NCBI RefSeq assembly: GCF_963853765.1
Contig: NC_088861.1
Span: forward strand, 40,796,001-40,860,000
From: Magallana gigas
Taxonomy: Eukaryota
DNA: 64,000 nucleotides
Direction: 5' to 3'
Shown: positions 60,473 to 64,000 of the stretch, piece by piece
How the letters are laid out: the number at the start of each line of letters is the position of its first letter
Numbering within the stretch: position 1 is the stretch's first letter
Position numbers and translations under genes: made by a program
The notes under the pieces: model-generated
Told to the model about the DNA's origin: nothing
The model's database searches: none
The model's input: the letters and a program-made list of their open reading frames with translations, nothing else

Positions 60473-60780
60473 CTTACCCAAACATCCATGGCGCTTTTAG
60501 CAGTGGTATATGGAAGAGGAAAATCGTAAAAATCATTTTTCACAATTAGCTGCGCAATTGTCATTTTCGCCACAGTTGGTATCGTGATTACCGTAATCCT
60601 TCTCAGAAGTCATCGTTTAACAAACAAATAAAATTGTATCTCCTCATGAAGGAGACAATCAAGAAAAACTGTCTGCCTAGCACACTTGTCGTCTTTTTGC
60701 AGGTACATGAAGTACGGTATTAATCAACAACAGCTATTATATACGACCAAAAATACCATGTAGGCAGAGAAGTAAATATG
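59657..60780 (-). pseudogene. Inverted degenerate copy B2 of the EGF-family gene including promoter remnant
   Basis: Last exon 59657-59787 open; exons 1-3 have frameshifts and TAA/TAG/TGA; ATG lost; 60640-60780 aligns (reverse) to 44380-44520. Confidence 0.8.
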
Positions 60781-62529
60781 TTTTAAATTACAAACATTTA
60801 GGGTTTGGCGAATTGAAATTTGGTCTTGATACCCTTAATGTTAGCAAAAGAAAAATGGCAAAGAATATTTAATTTACAAAATACATCTGTTCAAAACTTC
60901 TCTTTAATGTATCTTTGATGCATTTGAGGATTTTCATAGTTTATATACTTTATTGAATAAAGACACCCTAATTTGTAATGAATATTAACGGAACATTTTT
61001 GCAACACCTGCACTTCTCAAATGCAGAGTAATAAGATGTATGTTTGCCTTATATTTCAATTTTAGTTTGCTACACAAGTAAGTCTTGCTAATATTATCTT
61101 ATAACTAAATCTTTACAGTATCTGGGTTAGAGAGTGCATGAGAATCCTTACCTGGATACGTAGGGATTATCACGGTCCGATAACTTTATCATTAGTTCAA
61201 ATTACTTCATAGTTTAAAAATCATACTTAACTTGATATGAGATGCATAGGTATTGAGACAAATAGATAACTGGGTGATCCACGAAAGATTACTCTCAATT
61301 ACCTCCATTAGTCTCATATACATGTACAATTTAGAGTTATCGTTCCTGGTTAATAATTTGCACAATCATGTGCAACAACCAGCTTCCTTTTTTGGACTTC
61401 GCCTTCAAGCAAATAGTTTGATCATTCCGATTCCCAACGATCAGGAATTATCTATCCTTCAACCTAACCAAGTACTAACACAGTTCGTAAGTTAACTTTG
61501 TAGAAAACATCACTGCCTCCAATCCAGCGGCCTCAAGATTGGGAGGTGGCCAGAGAAAACAGCCGCAACCCCAGCCTGGTTCGTCCACCTCTGAGGCCCC
61601 TGCACAACCGAAATACCGGTGCCAGATGCCACCTGTCAAAACACAAACAGTTAAATCCCGCAACTTTAGGTACCACAGAACTTGCACACGTTATGTCACA
61701 ATGTGACTCTCTTGCAAAACGTATTAATCCGCTTGAAGTGTACAATTCAACGTCATTTTTCAAAACAATATAGTCTTATTTTCTGAACACGGTTATAGAT
61801 GCAAAAAATTCAACCATAACTAATAAATTCAATAAAACAAAAGTGTTTAATACATGTACCTCCCAGAAAGTTTCGAGTCTCTTTTACGTCCAGAGGGTGC
61901 TTCTACTTTACTGATCAAATGGTAAAAAATACTTTAATTGATGAAATTGATAAACCACTTGCAAGTTGCAAACATATGTATTCTTTTGCAAATTCCACTC
62001 TTTATGCAACTTCTTTTGGAAAAACATAATTGAACATTTGCCCAATGTATGTATGTACCATACATACCGTGACAAAAGGGATGCCGAACATTTTAACAAT
62101 ACATTCAAATAGTGTATACCTTGAAGACGATATAATTAAAAAACAATTAAAAAAGATTTTTATAGTCTCATGTCAAATTCAATCCCGCATTGCAGCCTCG
62201 TCCTACCCCAGGGATCATTTATTGAACATACTTAGAATTAAACTCTCAGAGGATGGTTTCAAATTGATTCTGGAATCCGATAAAATAAAATCCATATTTG
62301 CTGTACCCCGATTAAGAAACAATTAATATAAATCAGAAATGTCACAATAATTTTAAAATTACTGGCGTTACTGTTCTATCAGAGAATTAAATTTTTGACA
62401 ACGGAATTTTCAATAGTTTAAATCAAAAGATTGTATTTTTTACGCGCTGCACTTGCACCAAAGGTATATGACAACAAAACCCGAAAAACCTTGCTGTGAT
62501 ATTATGACTTGAATATTAGCCTGATAAAG

Positions 62530-62760
62530 TCATCTCAGGTGTAACGACGAATATTGACCCGGGTTGAAAATTGACCCGGGGTCATTTTTTCAACATTGAA
62601 TATTGGTCCGGGGGGTCATTTATCAACGTTGAAAATTGAGACCAAAGTCGTGAAATTTATACCCGGCGTCATTTTTCAACGGTATGAGATAGATTTTTCT
62701 CAACTCTGATGACCTCGACACGTTGAAAATTGATCCTGTTGAGAATTGACCCCAACCTCA
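62530..62760. repeat. Cluster of TTGAAAATTGACCC(GG) motifs in both orientations
   Basis: At least six degenerate copies seen directly. Confidence 0.75.
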
Positions 62761-63078
62761 GAGTTTTGATCTGAACTGGAACTTACTCTACACGGTTTAA
62801 ATGTACAATCATGCATATATCTGAAAATTTCAGTTATAAAATTTTCATACTTTCCGATACATATGCGGACGTGGCTGATTTCTTTTAGGTTGATATGTAC
62901 GATTTATCATTTAATTTTGAGACTGAAAATATGATATTCATTTATTTTTACAATACTCTGTACGTAAATAAAGCTAAGAAGGTGACAGTTTCCTTCGGAA
63001 TGGAACAGGCGAGTCGGGCTAGAATACTTTTTAACATAGAATTGACTTTCATTCCCTCGTGTGACAGAATTTAAACTT

Positions 63079-63177
63079 GTGTCTTTCCACAAATTTATTT
63101 AAAAATTAAATTTGTTGTTATGACTACTTCAGTAATAACAACAAATTTAATTTTTAAATAAATTTGTGGAAAGACAC
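63079..63177. repeat. Perfect 43-bp inverted repeat with 13-nt loop
   Basis: 63079-63121 is the exact reverse complement of 63135-63177. Confidence 0.95.
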
Positions 63178-64000
63178 TTGTCATAATCTCTGATAAATAT
63201 ATCTAACAAATATATAGCCCGTTATCGTTACTTTTCAGGCAATCCAACAGAGCTCTATTCGACAAGCACCTGACGAATATTTCTCTAATTATTGAAAATA
63301 TATAACCTCTATACACTTTTATTTGGTAAAGGGTATGTATATCTATATAAAGACAAAAAGATATAACGTCAGGTGTCTGTGCTTAATTTGAAGTAGAATA
63401 TTTCCCTGACAAAATAATAAATGAATAATATTCTTATCCTTTTATATATACATGTATATTATACATACATATACAGCATATACATATTTACACTTCTTTT
63501 TTTTACGACTTTACAATTTTTCATATACTTGCCAGATTAAATTTGAAGCACCATCAAATTTTCTTATGTGACATTAAATTTACTTATGTGACATAAAAAG
63601 TAATTTGAAATATCCTTTTAAGAAGCACATGATCACGGTTATGGTCAACTTTTATTTACCCGATTTTAATGTAAAAATGCATCAGTAAGGCTTTATTAAT
63701 AGTAAACCAAAATTTGAGTGTCAGCTGCATGTCGGGATATCAGCGAGATACAGATCTCAAAATTCTTTATTATGTAAACATACAATATCAAAAGGAAAGC
63801 AAAATTCTGCTCATATTTTATATTCAAGCGATAAGTACAAGTAGTACCGTAGTTGGGGCCCTGGTCTCACAACCTTACATAATATTGCATAATATATGAT
63901 TCAAGCTTAGGGCACTCAATTTACTACATAACATGTACATTTGATTTCATATGGAGTAAAGTTAAAACAATCAAATCTTTATATAGTAAATCATTCAATT

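Larger units (their letters stand above)
46300..61340 (+). repeat. Segmental duplication copy 2
   Basis: Matches 26500-38500 apart from copy-specific insertions at 49072-51022 and ~56262-58815 and the absence of 28126-29695. Confidence 0.92.

Overview
AT-rich, intron-rich animal genomic DNA with one 149-N scaffold gap at 46429-46577. The repeat families resemble those I know from oyster (Crassostrea/Magallana), which is an inference. Left part (1-~25.9 kb, minus strand): a PARP4/vault-PARP gene (BRCT, PARP regulatory and catalytic H-Y-E, VIT, VWA). I traced 28 coding exons by hand. Their splice phases are all consistent, and they give 1281 codons before the gene runs off the left edge. Its introns hold a 5.14-kb element with the ITR + 3' extension + internal complementary region layout of DIRS1-type tyrosine-recombinase retrotransposons (perfect ends, decayed interior), a 3.4-kb TIR element, MITEs and a SINE. 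The gene also has tandem copies of a splice acceptor, tandem copies of a splice donor, and a duplicated exon. Right part (26.5-61.3 kb): a direct segmental duplication (~26.5-38.5 kb vs ~46.3-61.3 kb) with a dead LINE in both copies and different copy-specific transposon insertions. It carries a small gene family that the ORF track misses: signal peptide, 3-4 EGF exons, Thr stalk and hydrophobic C-terminus. One copy is near-intact (+, 44.5-46.7 kb, with a 1-nt frame offset after the signal peptide), two are inverted pseudogenes, and one is an orphan last exon. There are no CRISPR arrays, rRNA or true tRNA genes. All coordinates and alignments were read by eye; no searches were run.
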